From positions 186,001-250,000 of the forward strand of contig NIVC01000660.1 in the NCBI GenBank assembly GCA_002269645.1: a DNA stretch of 64,000 nucleotides. The letters are read 5' to 3'. This stretch comes from Macrostomum lignano (Eukaryota). The translations under genes and the position numbers were made by a program. The notes beneath the pieces are model-generated. The model saw only the letters and a program-made list of their open reading frames with translations. It did not search any database and was not told the DNA's origin. Each line of letters opens with the position of its first letter. Position 1 is the stretch's first letter. Below, piece by piece: positions 25,760 through 45,700 of the stretch.

Positions 25760-26070
25760 ACCGTCCCTCAAGGTCACAGCAGCCTCAAGGTCATAGCAGC
25801 CTCAAGGTCATATTACCCTCAAAGTCATATCACCCTCAAGGTCATATCACCCTCAAGGTCATAGCACCCCCAAGGTCATAGCACCCTCAAGGTCATAGCA
25901 TCTTTAAGGTCATAGCACCCTCAAGGTCATAGCCCTCCGATGGATTGTGGTCACTTGCCCCTTTCAAGTTCATAGCCCTTCGATGGATTTTAAGATGGAG
26001 TCACTTGCCCCTTCAAGGTCATAACACTCCGATGGAATTTTGAATCGGTGCACCCAAGGTCATAAACGTC
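25760..26070. repeat. Degenerate repeat, about 17-bp unit (caaggtcatagcaccct)
   Basis: Tandem degenerate units read directly. Confidence 0.8.
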
Positions 26071-26092
26071 CGACGTAATAAAGATTGAGCTA

Positions 26093-26736
26093 TCACTTGG
26101 GTCCAAGGTCGAAGCTCTCCGAGATTGAGTCATCCGTACCGGAAGTCAGCTCCAACCCGGACACATCCAGCCCGTCTGGCAGGCCAACAGCCGGTCCCAT
26201 CTCTTTCTTCTTTTCGTCGGGTGTTACCGAACCCTGCTTCTCCACATCGTTGCTATGCGATCGTTGGTAGGATTTAACCAGCAGCAAAGTGCCAATCGCT
26301 GCCATGACTAGAAGCAGAAGACCGCCAATTACGATGCCGGCTACGGTTTCTCCAGACACTTTTCCATTGGAATTGGTATGCGAAGAAGCGGGGCTACTAA
26401 CAGAAGCCAGGGCTTGCTTGTCACTTCTACGATGTTTAAGCGCACGAGAATCGCTCCGCTTATTACAATAGCCTAGCCAAGTAATTTTATGACACAATTC
26501 GTAGCAATTAGAATCGGCGCAATCAAACCAGCAGGGTCGCAACTCTCGCAGGTGTCATTAACGGAGCAATACGACGCATTTAGAATGCACTGCCGACGCA
26601 GATAAGTAGAGCAATTATAATTTGGCTCTATCAGATCTGAGCCGCTGTGATAATTTCCTAACGAAGCGCCGGAGGCCAGACCTTGCGCAATAATTAAGGC
26701 AACAGAAATAATTACAACAGGTGTCAGACAAGGCAT
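26093..26736 (-). pseudogene. Small cysteine-rich single-pass receptor-like gene with a 1-nt frameshift (pseudogene or assembly error)
   Basis: ORF 26473..26796 has a signal peptide from the Met at 26736 and runs to ...TCESCD. ORF 26093..26542 carries PCWFDC... and a TM segment (VAGIVIGGLLLLVMAAIGTLLLV). Adding one C to the CCC run at 26534-26536 joins them as CESCDPCW, matching CQSCEPCW in the neighbouring gene. Confidence 0.7.
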
Positions 26737-27181
26737 AGTGTTATTTTTATTCCACGACTTCACACAACATTCGATGGTTGGTTTGACTGCAATCATAAAA
26801 AGTTATTTTTCGTTGAAATTAACCAGCGAGCTATTATGCAATAAATCAATAGAATCAATATAATTTATTCACCTAGGCTATCTATACAACAAGGTAATAA
26901 ATAAGTAAATAAATATAGTACATATTGTATTTTATATGTATAGATTACAATTTCGACATAAACGTCAGCATATCAATATATTTTCATTTTTAATAAAAAG
27001 CTTTAAAGAAAAAAGTAAAGACCACGCGTAGGTAAAGAGAAATGCATCTGTAACCAGAAAGGAAGCATCTATAAAAACTGAACACCAAAAAATACTGTTT
27101 AAAAAAGAGATAAGCAAAGCACACAAATCGTTGACTGGAGCATTCAATCAACTAACAAACTGCCGCAGCTCGACCGCTTCT

Positions 27182-27763
27182 TCAAGCCGAGTTGGATTCT
27201 TTCAGCTCGTTAAATGGAATTGTTTCGTCCGGTGGATTTGTGCTCGTTGGATGAGCATGGCTACCATTATTTCGTACATCTAGGTTAGTTGAACTTCTGG
27301 ACCGATATTGCCGATAAAGTACTGGTAAGACTAGCTTTAGTCCTAGCCCGATAGCGAGAACAATGATGACAATAGCAAGTGGTACTAAAATTTTACCAAT
27401 TGTTGACCGATGTGACAGCTCAGACGAATCATTGCTAACCGAGCCGGAAGTATTTGAGAACGGCAAAGACGTTGTAGCCGGCAGATCGGTAGTACTACCG
27501 GTATGAGCAAAATTAATAGACTCATTGCAGCAGCCAAGCTTGAAAACCTTACTGCAAATTGCTTTGCTAATTGCAGATTGATTCCAACAAGGTTCGCAGC
27601 TTTGACACGTTTTATCCTGGCCATAGTAACTGCGATTAGCAGAGCATCTCGTCTCATTACATGGGTCGTTAGGCGGCATTATTATTGTCGAAATTGTGTT
27701 TACAACGCAAAATGACAGCCATAGGCAAATATAGATCGTTAGAAACAGCCATTTTAGAGGCAT
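27182..27763 (-). CDS. Small type I membrane protein with a single cysteine-rich ectodomain (TNFR/Grindelwald-like architecture), 193 aa, intronless
   Basis: Hydrophobic N-terminal signal, Cys cluster PCNETRC...YY...TCQSCEPCW...IC...CC, S/T-rich stalk, TM ILVPLAIVIIVLAIGLGL, basic stop-transfer (RQYRSR) and a short tail. Confidence 0.75.
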   Translation of the reverse strand: MPLKWLFLTIYICLWLSFCVVNTISTIIMPPNDPCNETRCSANRSYYGQDKTCQSCEPCWNQSAISKAICSKVFKLGCCNESINFAHTGSTTDLPATTSLPFSNTSGSVSNDSSELSHRSTIGKILVPLAIVIIVLAIGLGLKLVLPVLYRQYRSRSSTNLDVRNNGSHAHPTSTNPPDETIPFNELKESNSA

Positions 27764-28361
27764 AATTGTTCTTCGTACTGATCAATTAGCGCAGCATGAA
27801 TGTAATAGAAGGCAAGCAGTTAAATCCCACATACCGCTGACCGCTGAGCACACACAAGCTCACGCAGAGTATAAAGCGGCCTTGACTTTAGATTCTTAAT
27901 TATCTTTAGACATCGAGAAGACATTAGCCTACTACCCACAAACAGCGCTGACGGCACAAACAAGCGGGGGCCAATGCTGTTGTCCCTCGTAAAAACCTAA
28001 TTTATTCAAGCTAACAAGTGATAATTAGTTAGACTGGTAGATTGAAAATGAGAAACAACAACAAGCAAAAAAACAAGCTCAATAGGACAAGAAAAATGCA
28101 TAAGCAAGAAGTTACTTTGCTAGCACACAGAAAGCAAAGCTACTAGCTGCAATACCAATTAGTAAGTTATTATATTTCAGATCAACTTTTTGATACAGCA
28201 GCGCACCGCAAGAATTCGACAAAAACTGCACAAACTCAACTGTGCAACAGCGTCAAAAGAATATTGATTATAATTGTCAAACTTTTCTTTTTTGCTTTTT
28301 AGAATTCTTCATTCAATGACGCAGTTGGTTGTGCACAGTAAAGAAAGCTAATTTACAGCCG

Positions 28362-29060
28362 TCAAACCCTGCTACTACTACTGGCAGTAGTGCGAGCCAA
28401 TCGTTTCACAGTTCTCAGCTTGTCGTGCAATTTAACGTAGGCCTGGGCGCCGTCACGCCCACCGGCGCTCCGACGGACTCCGCAACGACCATTAAATCGG
28501 TCCTGACGAAATGCTTGAGCAGTTGAGCACTTGCTAGCTAGATAGACTTGGCCGGGATCTCGAATGTACTGCACAGAGCCGTCGCTACTTTGAGCTACTA
28601 GAGGCCGAGGCGGCTTGGCCCTATTAACAGAATCAGATCGAATCGGTATAAAATCGGGCAACGGATCCGCCGGTTTGCGTTTGAAACTGCCAATAAAATC
28701 GGCTTCATCATCTGACGGAGGCTGGATAGTAATCGGCTTCGGTTTCTTCATCAATCTATTGGATTCTTGCCTGTCCCGCCTGCGAGCTCGCATCACCTGT
28801 TTAGCATTGTTGCCAACTGCCAGTTGTTCGCGCTGCTTTGCGGCGCTATCGATGGCGAGTTGGCGCGCGGCGCCAAACGAAACAGCGGTAGGCGGCGCTT
28901 CGTCTGAGTCGGCGTCGGAATTAGAGTCGAAATCGTATTCTTTCGGTTCCGGGTCTGTTTTCTTTATTGATGTTTCTTTCCTCTTGCCCATATTTTCTGG
29001 TTTGTGTTGTTGATTTTTCTTTTTCTGATACATTTTTAGCGCCTGCTTAACTGGAGCCAT
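28362..29060 (-). CDS. Basic/acidic nucleolar-type protein resembling NOL7 / U3 snoRNA-associated family, 232 aa, intronless
   Basis: K-rich N-terminus and acidic SDADSDEAP.AVSF motif followed by a predicted helical R/K-rich segment, as in NOL7/Bud21-like proteins. Recognition is from memory of the family pattern. Confidence 0.6.
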   Translation of the reverse strand: MAPVKQALKMYQKKKNQQHKPENMGKRKETSIKKTDPEPKEYDFDSNSDADSDEAPPTAVSFGAARQLAIDSAAKQREQLAVGNNAKQVMRARRRDRQESNRLMKKPKPITIQPPSDDEADFIGSFKRKPADPLPDFIPIRSDSVNRAKPPRPLVAQSSDGSVQYIRDPGQVYLASKCSTAQAFRQDRFNGRCGVRRSAGGRDGAQAYVKLHDKLRTVKRLARTTASSSSRV

Positions 29061-29138
29061 TGGATCATGCAGTTAGTTGAAGCCCATTACGATGAATTTA
29101 TTGCTTTATGCTTTCATAGATCCACAAAATGCTTTTAT

Positions 29139-30240
29139 AACTGGATTGCTAGTCTATCACTAACTGAATTAATTGCTAGTCTATCACTGACTGAATGGAT
29201 TGCTAGTCTATCACTAACTGAATGGATTGCTAGTCTATCACTGACTGAATGGATTGCTAGTCTATCACTGACTGAATGGATTGCTAGTCTATCACTGACT
29301 GAATGGATTGCTAGTCTATCACTAACTGAATGGATTGCTAGTCTATCACTGACTGAATGGATTGCTAGTCTATCACTGACTGAATGGATTGCTAGTCTAT
29401 CACTAACTGAATGGATTGCTAGTCTATCACTAACTGAATGGATTGCTAGTCTATCACTGACTGAATGGATTGCTAGTCTATCACTGACTGAATGGATTGC
29501 TAGTCTATCACTAACTGAATGGATTGCTAGTCTATCACTAACTGAATGGATTGCTAGTCTATCACTAACTGAATGGATTGCTAGTCTATCACTGACTGAA
29601 TGGATTGCTAGTCTATCACTGACTGACTGGATTGCTAGTCTATCACTAACTGAATGGATTGCTAGTCTATCACTGACTGAATGGATTGCTAGTCTATCAC
29701 TAACTGAATGGATTGCTAGTCTATCACTGACTGAATGGATTGCTAGTCTATCACTGACTGAATGGATTGCTAGTCTATCACTGACTGACTGGATTGCTAG
29801 TCTATCACTGACTGAATGGATTGCTAGTCTATCACTGACTGAATGGATTGCTAGTCTATCACTGACTGACTGGATTGCTAGTCTATCACTGACTGAATGG
29901 ATTGCTAGTCTATCACTGACTGAATGGATTGCTAGTCTATCACTGACTGAATGGATTGCTAGTCTATCACTGACTGACTGGATTGCTAGTCTATCACTGA
30001 CTGAATGGATTGCTAGTCTATCACTGACTGAATGGATTGCTAGTCTATCACTGACTGAATGGATTGCTAGTCTATCACTGACTGAATGGATTGCTAGTCT
30101 ATCACTGACTGAATGGATTGCTAGTCTATCACTGACTGAATGGATTGCTAGTCTATCACTGACTGAATGGATTGCTAGTCTATCACTGACTGAATGGATT
30201 GCTAGTCTATCACTGACTGAATGGATTGCTAGTCTATCAT
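29139..30240. repeat. Minisatellite, 27-bp unit (tggattgctagtctatcactgactgaa)
   Basis: About 40 highly homogeneous units between the beta-lactamase-like stop and the NOL7-like start. Confidence 0.97.
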
Positions 30241-30708
30241 CTTTACCTGATTTATCACAAAATATAGACTGCTACATCAGGCAACAAATCAAAAGAGCAA
30301 ACGCATACGTATGATAATAAGCAAGTGTATATTGTAAAAATTTGATATTTGCAAGACTAAAATAGCAGTAAATATCAAGCAAAGCACGGGACACGGGAGG
30401 TTCAAAGATTATTCTAAAAGAAGACACGTCAATGAAAACTTCAAGATACAGAGGAAATCAACAGTTCGAAAATGAACTGATGAAGATCGCACGCCAATCA
30501 ATAATATTGAGTTTTAGCTAATAGCAGTTAATCGTCAGTGACTGAACTCCTCAAAATGCTAGATATTAGGCAGCAAATCAATTTGATATCAAAAACTAAT
30601 TCAAAAAAAATTTACAAAGCAAGCGAAGCAAATGTTTTTAAAAGGTGATTTAATCGACCAGGATTTCCTGGAAATAAAAGCTTTCTTTTAACTTGGCTTT
30701 TTAAAAAT

Positions 30709-39145
<8,437 letters not shown>

Positions 39146-39789
39146 TTTTGTTTAAATTAATAACCAAATTTTACATGAAATATTGAATAGAATCGGTTAA
39201 TAGTAAAATCATGACAAGTCACGCATACGGTACCTTAAATCAGATTTTATCACCAGGAATACCTCTAACCTCTTCACAGCCTTTTGATTCTTACTAAAAA
39301 AATCTTTCTCTTTTACCAAAATAGATCTAAGCGTTAGTCTAACAGCGATCAATCACGCCAAAAATCAATATACCATTCTTAACGATTCTCAAAGAGACTA
39401 AACTCCTAGAGCTGCAGCACTAAATAAAGTATTGAATGTACTTTTTAGTACAGCACTAGAAATCTTTATCTTGACTGTATAATGAATAGTCTTCTACCAG
39501 GCAAAACCTTGACCAATCAGTCACTTGTAAGCAAGACAAACAAAAGGCGGTCACGAAGATCAAGAAGAGGACTAAAATCCTTACTAAGATTTTTAATTAA
39601 TTTTATTAATCCACTGCTAGGATTCTAGATAAGACTAGACGATTTCTTTTATCAGATTTCCCATTCCAAGCAGCATGGAATGCTGTTCGATAGACATTTG
39701 GAACAGCTTCATCAGCAGGGGAATTATTGAAAGCAGAGCCGGAGGTCGCATCAAATTCAAAGACTATTCTTTCTCTCTTAATTCATTTT

Positions 39790-39971
39790 CGCAATCCTCT
39801 ATCTAACATGCCCCCACTGCCCATTCTGCTGACTGCTGAGCACAATGCAAGCGCGCCAATACTGCATACGCAGGCAAGCATTCATACACGCTCACATAGG
39901 GTGTACAGCAGCCCTTTGACTTTCGAATAGGTCAGGCATGTACACTCTATGTGCCTTGGGAGTCGGCCTCA

Positions 39972-39972
<1 letters not shown>
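39790..39972 (-). mobile_element. 5'-truncated diverged SINE copy
   Basis: 'gcatgtacactctatgtgccttgggagtcggcctca' and upstream sequence align with 55570-55700. It ends where the (AGT)n tract starts. Confidence 0.55.
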
Positions 39973-40016
<44 letters not shown>

Positions 40017-40071
40017 CAGTAGTAGTAATAGCAGTAGTAGTAGCAGTAGTAGTAATAGTAGCAGTAGTAGC

Positions 40072-40109
<38 letters not shown>

Positions 40110-40164
40110 CAGTAGTAGTAATAGTAGTAGTAGTAGCAGTAGTAGTAATAGTAGCAGTAGTAGC

Positions 40165-40196
<32 letters not shown>

Positions 40197-40263
40197 CAGT
40201 AGTAGTAGCAGTAGTAGTAATAGTAGTAGTAGTAGCAGTAGTAGTAATAGTAGCAGTAGTAGC

Positions 40264-40295
<32 letters not shown>

Positions 40296-40338
40296 CAGTA
40301 GCAGTAGCAGTAGTAGTAGTAGTAGCAGTAGTACTAGC

Positions 40339-40390
<52 letters not shown>

Positions 40391-40560
40391 ATAGTAGTAG
40401 TAGTAGTAGTAGTAGTAGCAGTAGTAGTAGCAGTAGTAGTAATAGTAGTAGTAGTAGCAGTAGTAGTAATAGTAGCAGTAGTAGCAGTAGCAGTAGTAGT
40501 AGTAGTAGTAGTAGTAGCAGTAGCAGTAGCAGTAGTAGTAGTAGTAGCAGTAGTACTAGC

Positions 40561-40609
<49 letters not shown>

Positions 40610-40813
40610 ATAGTAGTAGTAGTAGCAGTAGTAGTAGTAATAGTAGCAGTAGTAGCAGTAGTAGCAGTAGTAGTAGTAGTAGTAGCAGTAGTAGTAGCAG
40701 TAGTAGTAGTAGTAGCAGTAGTACTAGCAGTAGTAGTAGTAGTAGTAGTAGTAATAGTAGTAGTAGTAGCAGTAGTAGTAGTAGTAGTAGTAATAGTAGT
40801 AGTAGTAGCAGTG

Positions 40814-40858
<45 letters not shown>
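39973..40858. repeat. (AGT)n trinucleotide tract with AGC/AAT/ACT variants
   Basis: About 295 triplets; source of the poly-V and poly-S ORFs. Confidence 0.98.
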
Positions 40859-41774
40859 CAAGAAAAACCTAACCGTAGTATATAAGTTTATCTATTTAAA
40901 CTTCATTTCCAGACACTTGCAATTTTTAGCAATCCATGAGCCCAGCGCCGTGGGGGCGGGTGTTGGTTGCGGGTACCGCCCGACTTATACAAACAAAGAT
41001 CTTCCCCACAGCAAATTGCGCCTACCCAAATCTTGACAATCCAAATCAAACCGCAAGACTCGTCCCCTCTTATGCCTACAATCAAAACGCAAATGTCATC
41101 GCCTATTCCTAATCCAGCCCACAGACTGCACGACAAATACCGTACAGACCAGCAGATTAAACTATATAGAACGAATACGCCTACTGCCATTTCTATCATA
41201 TATATATATATGTATAGGGAAAACATGGGGTCAAGCCGATAAACTCCATATATACACTGACTGAAACTAAATAGATCACAAGCAGATAAGCCTAGAACCA
41301 ATGTGACTCTGCTGTACTATTCTGTATAGTTGGTACGAGTACTAATATTATTCAACATTTAGCTGGTACAATATAGCAAAGAAAAACATAGATTCTGAGG
41401 TGTATGGGGTGTCGGATTCTTTATTAGCTCAAAAACATATTTTTTGAGTATGGGGTTGTTAGAAGCAGGTTAACGCGTCTGACTCTGTGAGTGTTTGTGT
41501 GCTAAGGAGTCTGAAGTCAGCAGAATGGGTATAGATTATAGATAAAGACTAGCAATCTAGTGCCCCCCGTTCAGGGCGGCCAATAAGCAAGGAGCAAAAA
41601 TTATTAATGTAATTCCATTAAAAAAGCACATTTTACTCTTCTTCAGTTTTACAAATCACGTTATTTGAGTAATTTTGTCACGAACAAATATGTTTGCTAT
41701 GAATCTCTTTTTCCATAAGTACAGTAAGAAAGGGAACACAGCAAAATGAAGCCTTCAGAAAAATAACAGGCATT

Positions 41775-42060
41775 CCCCTAAATAGAAAGCATCCCGCAGA
41801 CAGCAAGCATACATACCACAAAATAGCAAGCACCCCCAGATAGCAGGCATCTCTGGATAGAAAGAATCTCTAGATAGCTAGCCCCCCCCCCCTCCACCGA
41901 GAGCAAGCATCCCCCGATAGCAAGCACCCCCAGATAGCAAGCACCCCCAGATAGAAAGCATCCCCCGATAGCAAGCATCCCCAGATAGCAAGCATACCCC
42001 AAATAGCAAACACCCCAGGTAGCAAGCATTCCCCGATAGCAAGCGCCCCCAGATAGCAAT
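41775..42060. repeat. Degenerate minisatellite (cccccagatagcaagca)
   Basis: Direct reading. Confidence 0.85.
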
Positions 42061-42716
42061 TATAGATAACGACATCATAAAAAGAGATGGTTCAACGAAA
42101 CTTTACCCTTGACCCTCTTTATGCTAACGCCTTGTTTCCCACACCAATCGGAATTAAAGGTTAACTTTTTTCTACTTTGTAAGATATTTTTCCACAGAGA
42201 AAGTGAAAGAGAAAGAGCGCAATAAAATGCCATTTTATGTCGCTACCCTACTGGCTCTATAAAGTGAAGAAAACTCGTTTCAATACACATGCGCAACAAT
42301 ACGTAACAGATTGGTATTATACACGCGCAAAAGTCTACAGCGCAAACAGATGGCCCTGGAAATTGAAAACTAACTAGAAAATCGCTACTACTAAGCCGGT
42401 TCAATGCGCTTTGACCTGAAAAACTGGCAAAACCTAAAGTAAAATTTCAGTAGAAATAAAGATACCAAGAGACTTGCAGTTGCACTATTTCGGTATAAAC
42501 CTTTTTTGAACAGGAGTTCAAAGATTATGATAATATTTTTCTTTTATTGTTTGACATGTTCAGAAACAGTTGCAAGTTAGCTGCTAATGTAAAACTACAA
42601 TTTTCTAACATTATATTAAACAGTAGACATACAGTACAGTACAGTCAAACTAAATCAAAATCAAAATGATAAAATCAAACTAAAGACAGTCAAAGCCAGA
42701 GAAAAATCCACGCAAC

Positions 42717-45700
42717 TCAATCAACATCTTCAGGTCGCACAGGTTTCTCTAGTGGAATCATAGATTTTCTTTCCGGATCTCTACTGAGCGATTTTCGCAT
42801 ATCGAAAGCGTCTTCATCTTGTTCAAACATTGGCGAGGAGTTGCCAGAATAATACTCTAGTACACGGCGATACACTGTGTAGCCCAGCTTCTTGTAAAGG
42901 GCGACAGCCACGTCGTTGGAGACGCGAACGAACAGATCGACAAAATAGGCTCGCTTTCTGTCAGGTGGAAGTTTTGTGAGAAAGTGGTGCAACCGGGGAA
43001 TAGGCAGTGGTGCAACTGGGGAATAGGCAGTGGTGCAACTGGGGAATAGGCAGTGGTGCAACCGGGGAATAGGCAGTGGTGCAACTGGGGAATAGGCAGT
43101 GGTGCAACTGGGGAATAGGCAGTGGTGCAACTGGGGAATAGGCAGTGGTGCAACTGGGGAATAGGCAGTGGTGCAACTGGGGAATAGGCAGTGGTGCAAC
43201 GGGGAATAGGCAGTGGTGCAACTGGGGAATAGGCAGTGGTGCAACCGGGGAATAGGCAGTGGTGCAACCGGGGAATAGGCAGTGGTGCAACTGGGGAATA
43301 GGCAGTGGTGCAACTGGGGAATAGGCAGTGGTGCAACGGGGAATAGGCAGTGGTGCAACGGGGAATAGGCAGTGGTAAGAGATAAAAAGAGATAAGAGAT
43401 AATATCAAGAGATAAAAAGCCTTTACTCACTTTTCGGACACGTCCTCAAGGCCAGCCATTAATTTACCGGCTAAACCAAGTCGACGAAATTCTGGCGCAA
43501 CGGACAGAGCAGTCACGTGACCGTGCCATTTCTCGTTGTAGCCCTCGGATTTGCCCATCACTATAGTATGATTAAGTTAGGCCAGGTATATATATAATTG
43601 TTATTTATTGACCAAAACTATCATTAGGTTAGAAGGATAATAAATCGTTAATTTAATTACCGTATCCCATAACTCGGCCATCGGAGGATTCGGCAATCTT
43701 AAAGTACTCCGGCCAATGCACCAGGTAGGTAAGGTAAAAGGAGAGTCCATACTAATTAAGTTTAAAAGATAGTTTATAATAACGTCAGTTCAGTTAAGGA
43801 AAGAAACAACCTGCCCGAAAATCAATTCGAACATTCGCTAACAAAACAATAAATAAAAGGATACAGTCTCCGTCAGCGGATCCATATTTCTAAAATGGTA
43901 AATTTTTAATATATTATATTATTATATAATATTACATTATTAACCCGCAATATAGACTCAATTACAAAAGACACCATAGAGTGAGATTACTAATAAGAAC
44001 AAAATAGATCAATTGAATTAAGTCAGAAGGACATGCAATCGATAGGCAAATCGGTGGAGAAATTTCCCTAAGGTCCTGTACACACATATCCCAAGTGAAG
44101 CCAAATTAGATTGGCTAGCAGCAGACTAAGCCAATGGGAGCCAGTGGGAATTGCTAAAATTTGCAGACCCATTCCTTCTTCATCCAGGCTATAAAATGGT
44201 TAAGTACAGAAAGATGAATAGGCTAGCAACTGCGCTTGAAGTATCAACGTTAAGAAGCACACCTTGTATGCAGGACTCTCTTCAGTAGACGTTAATTTTT
44301 TGTCCAAAATGTCTGCGCTATAGACGGTCTAAGACAGACGAACGGACAGGCTTGTCACACAATGCTGGGCCAGAAACAGTCCCAGATGGAAGCAGCAAGC
44401 TCAGGTAGCGACAGCAGTGTCCACACAAAAGAGGCCAACGACATTGTTGCAGAAGACAATCCGGATATAGAAGGCCAGAGTCCGTGCACTATCAAATCGA
44501 TAATTTGCCTGGACCAAAATCAACAATTAGACTCGCCAGGCATGTGGAAAACGGACTCAACTTTGAAGCCGAGCCGTCAGTCAAACGAATACCAAGAAAT
44601 TCCACAACAAATTTGCAAATCTGAGATTGCAGTCGACACGCCGTCAATTTTTATGTTAAAGAATTTCTGCAACAGCACGAGCGCGCACGGATTTCACAAG
44701 ATCTTTGAAACTAGTAGCATTATGCATCGTCTAGTCTGGATGCTAATTATATTAACAGCAACCATTGGATTCACCGTTCACTTGTGCTTCCTAATCAGCC
44801 GATTCTATCAGTCGCCAGTTAACACGGAGACACAGGTTTATAGCACCCAGTTTGTATTCCCAGACGTGACAATTTGTTCAACTAGTCAGCTTAGTCTAAT
44901 TAGATTCAGTCGCAATCCAACAGTTAAAGGTACCAACTTGACAATCAACCAGCTAATTGAAAGGATTAGAAGTTACTGGGATCCGGAAAATCCTCATCAA
45001 AATAACAGCGCAATAAATGGCGACTTGCGCAATTCTCTGAAGAGCTACCTGCATCTGGTAAATATAACCAAGCAGAGACAGGACATGATCGTACTGTGCC
45101 GCTACATAGGCGCCGCATGTTCGTATAGAGACTTCATCGAGTATGTAGATCCAGAATACATCAGCTGCTATACATTTTCGCCCAACAATAGACACCTAAT
45201 AGTCGGCGGCGAACAAGAGGGCGGCCTTAATCTAATATTATACGGCGGAGACGGTAAAAACTTCATCACAGAGGAGGAATCGTTGAGCTTCTCTACTGGC
45301 TATCGAGTTGTCATACACGAACCGGGCACCCGGCCAAATATGATGGACGGTTTTTACGTGCAGAAGGGCACCAATACATATGCTCAATTGGCCTACACCA
45401 AGGAGACTGTGTTAAGCAAAAAGACTCGACCGTGTATTGAAGAAGATTCGTTGAATATAATCGAATTTCTTGACTGTTTCGGCAATCGCAGGCAATATAG
45501 ATACAGCATCACCGATTGTTCAATGTATCGCTATCAGGACTATCTGAACAAGACGTGCAAATGTATCTCCGAGATGCTGCCATTGCCAACCATCTACCAG
45601 CATCAGCGAGGCGATTTTCGAGAAAAATTTTGTCACCGAATCGACCACAACGCCGAGGATGCCATGGCGCCAGACAGAAGCAACAATACAAGTCGGCGAG

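Noticed and set aside
29067-30314. 415-aa ORF of (WIASLSLTE)n with its own ATG, head-to-head with the NOL7-like gene
   Set aside because: A 27-bp unit is a multiple of 3, so one stop-free frame is expected by chance. There is no domain or splice support. Ribosome profiling would be needed to revive it.
39938-40885. Poly-Val and poly-Ser ORFs
   Set aside because: These are translations of an (AGT)n microsatellite.
40903-41301. 132-aa (minus) and 91-aa (plus) ORFs in unique sequence
   Set aside because: No recognisable motif, no convincing splice sites, and no coding-like composition.
43936-43990. 'LRVNNV'-like sequence as NAA20 exon 1
   Set aside because: It has the wrong splice phase and an in-frame stop. 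A much better exon 1 lies at 52282-52230.
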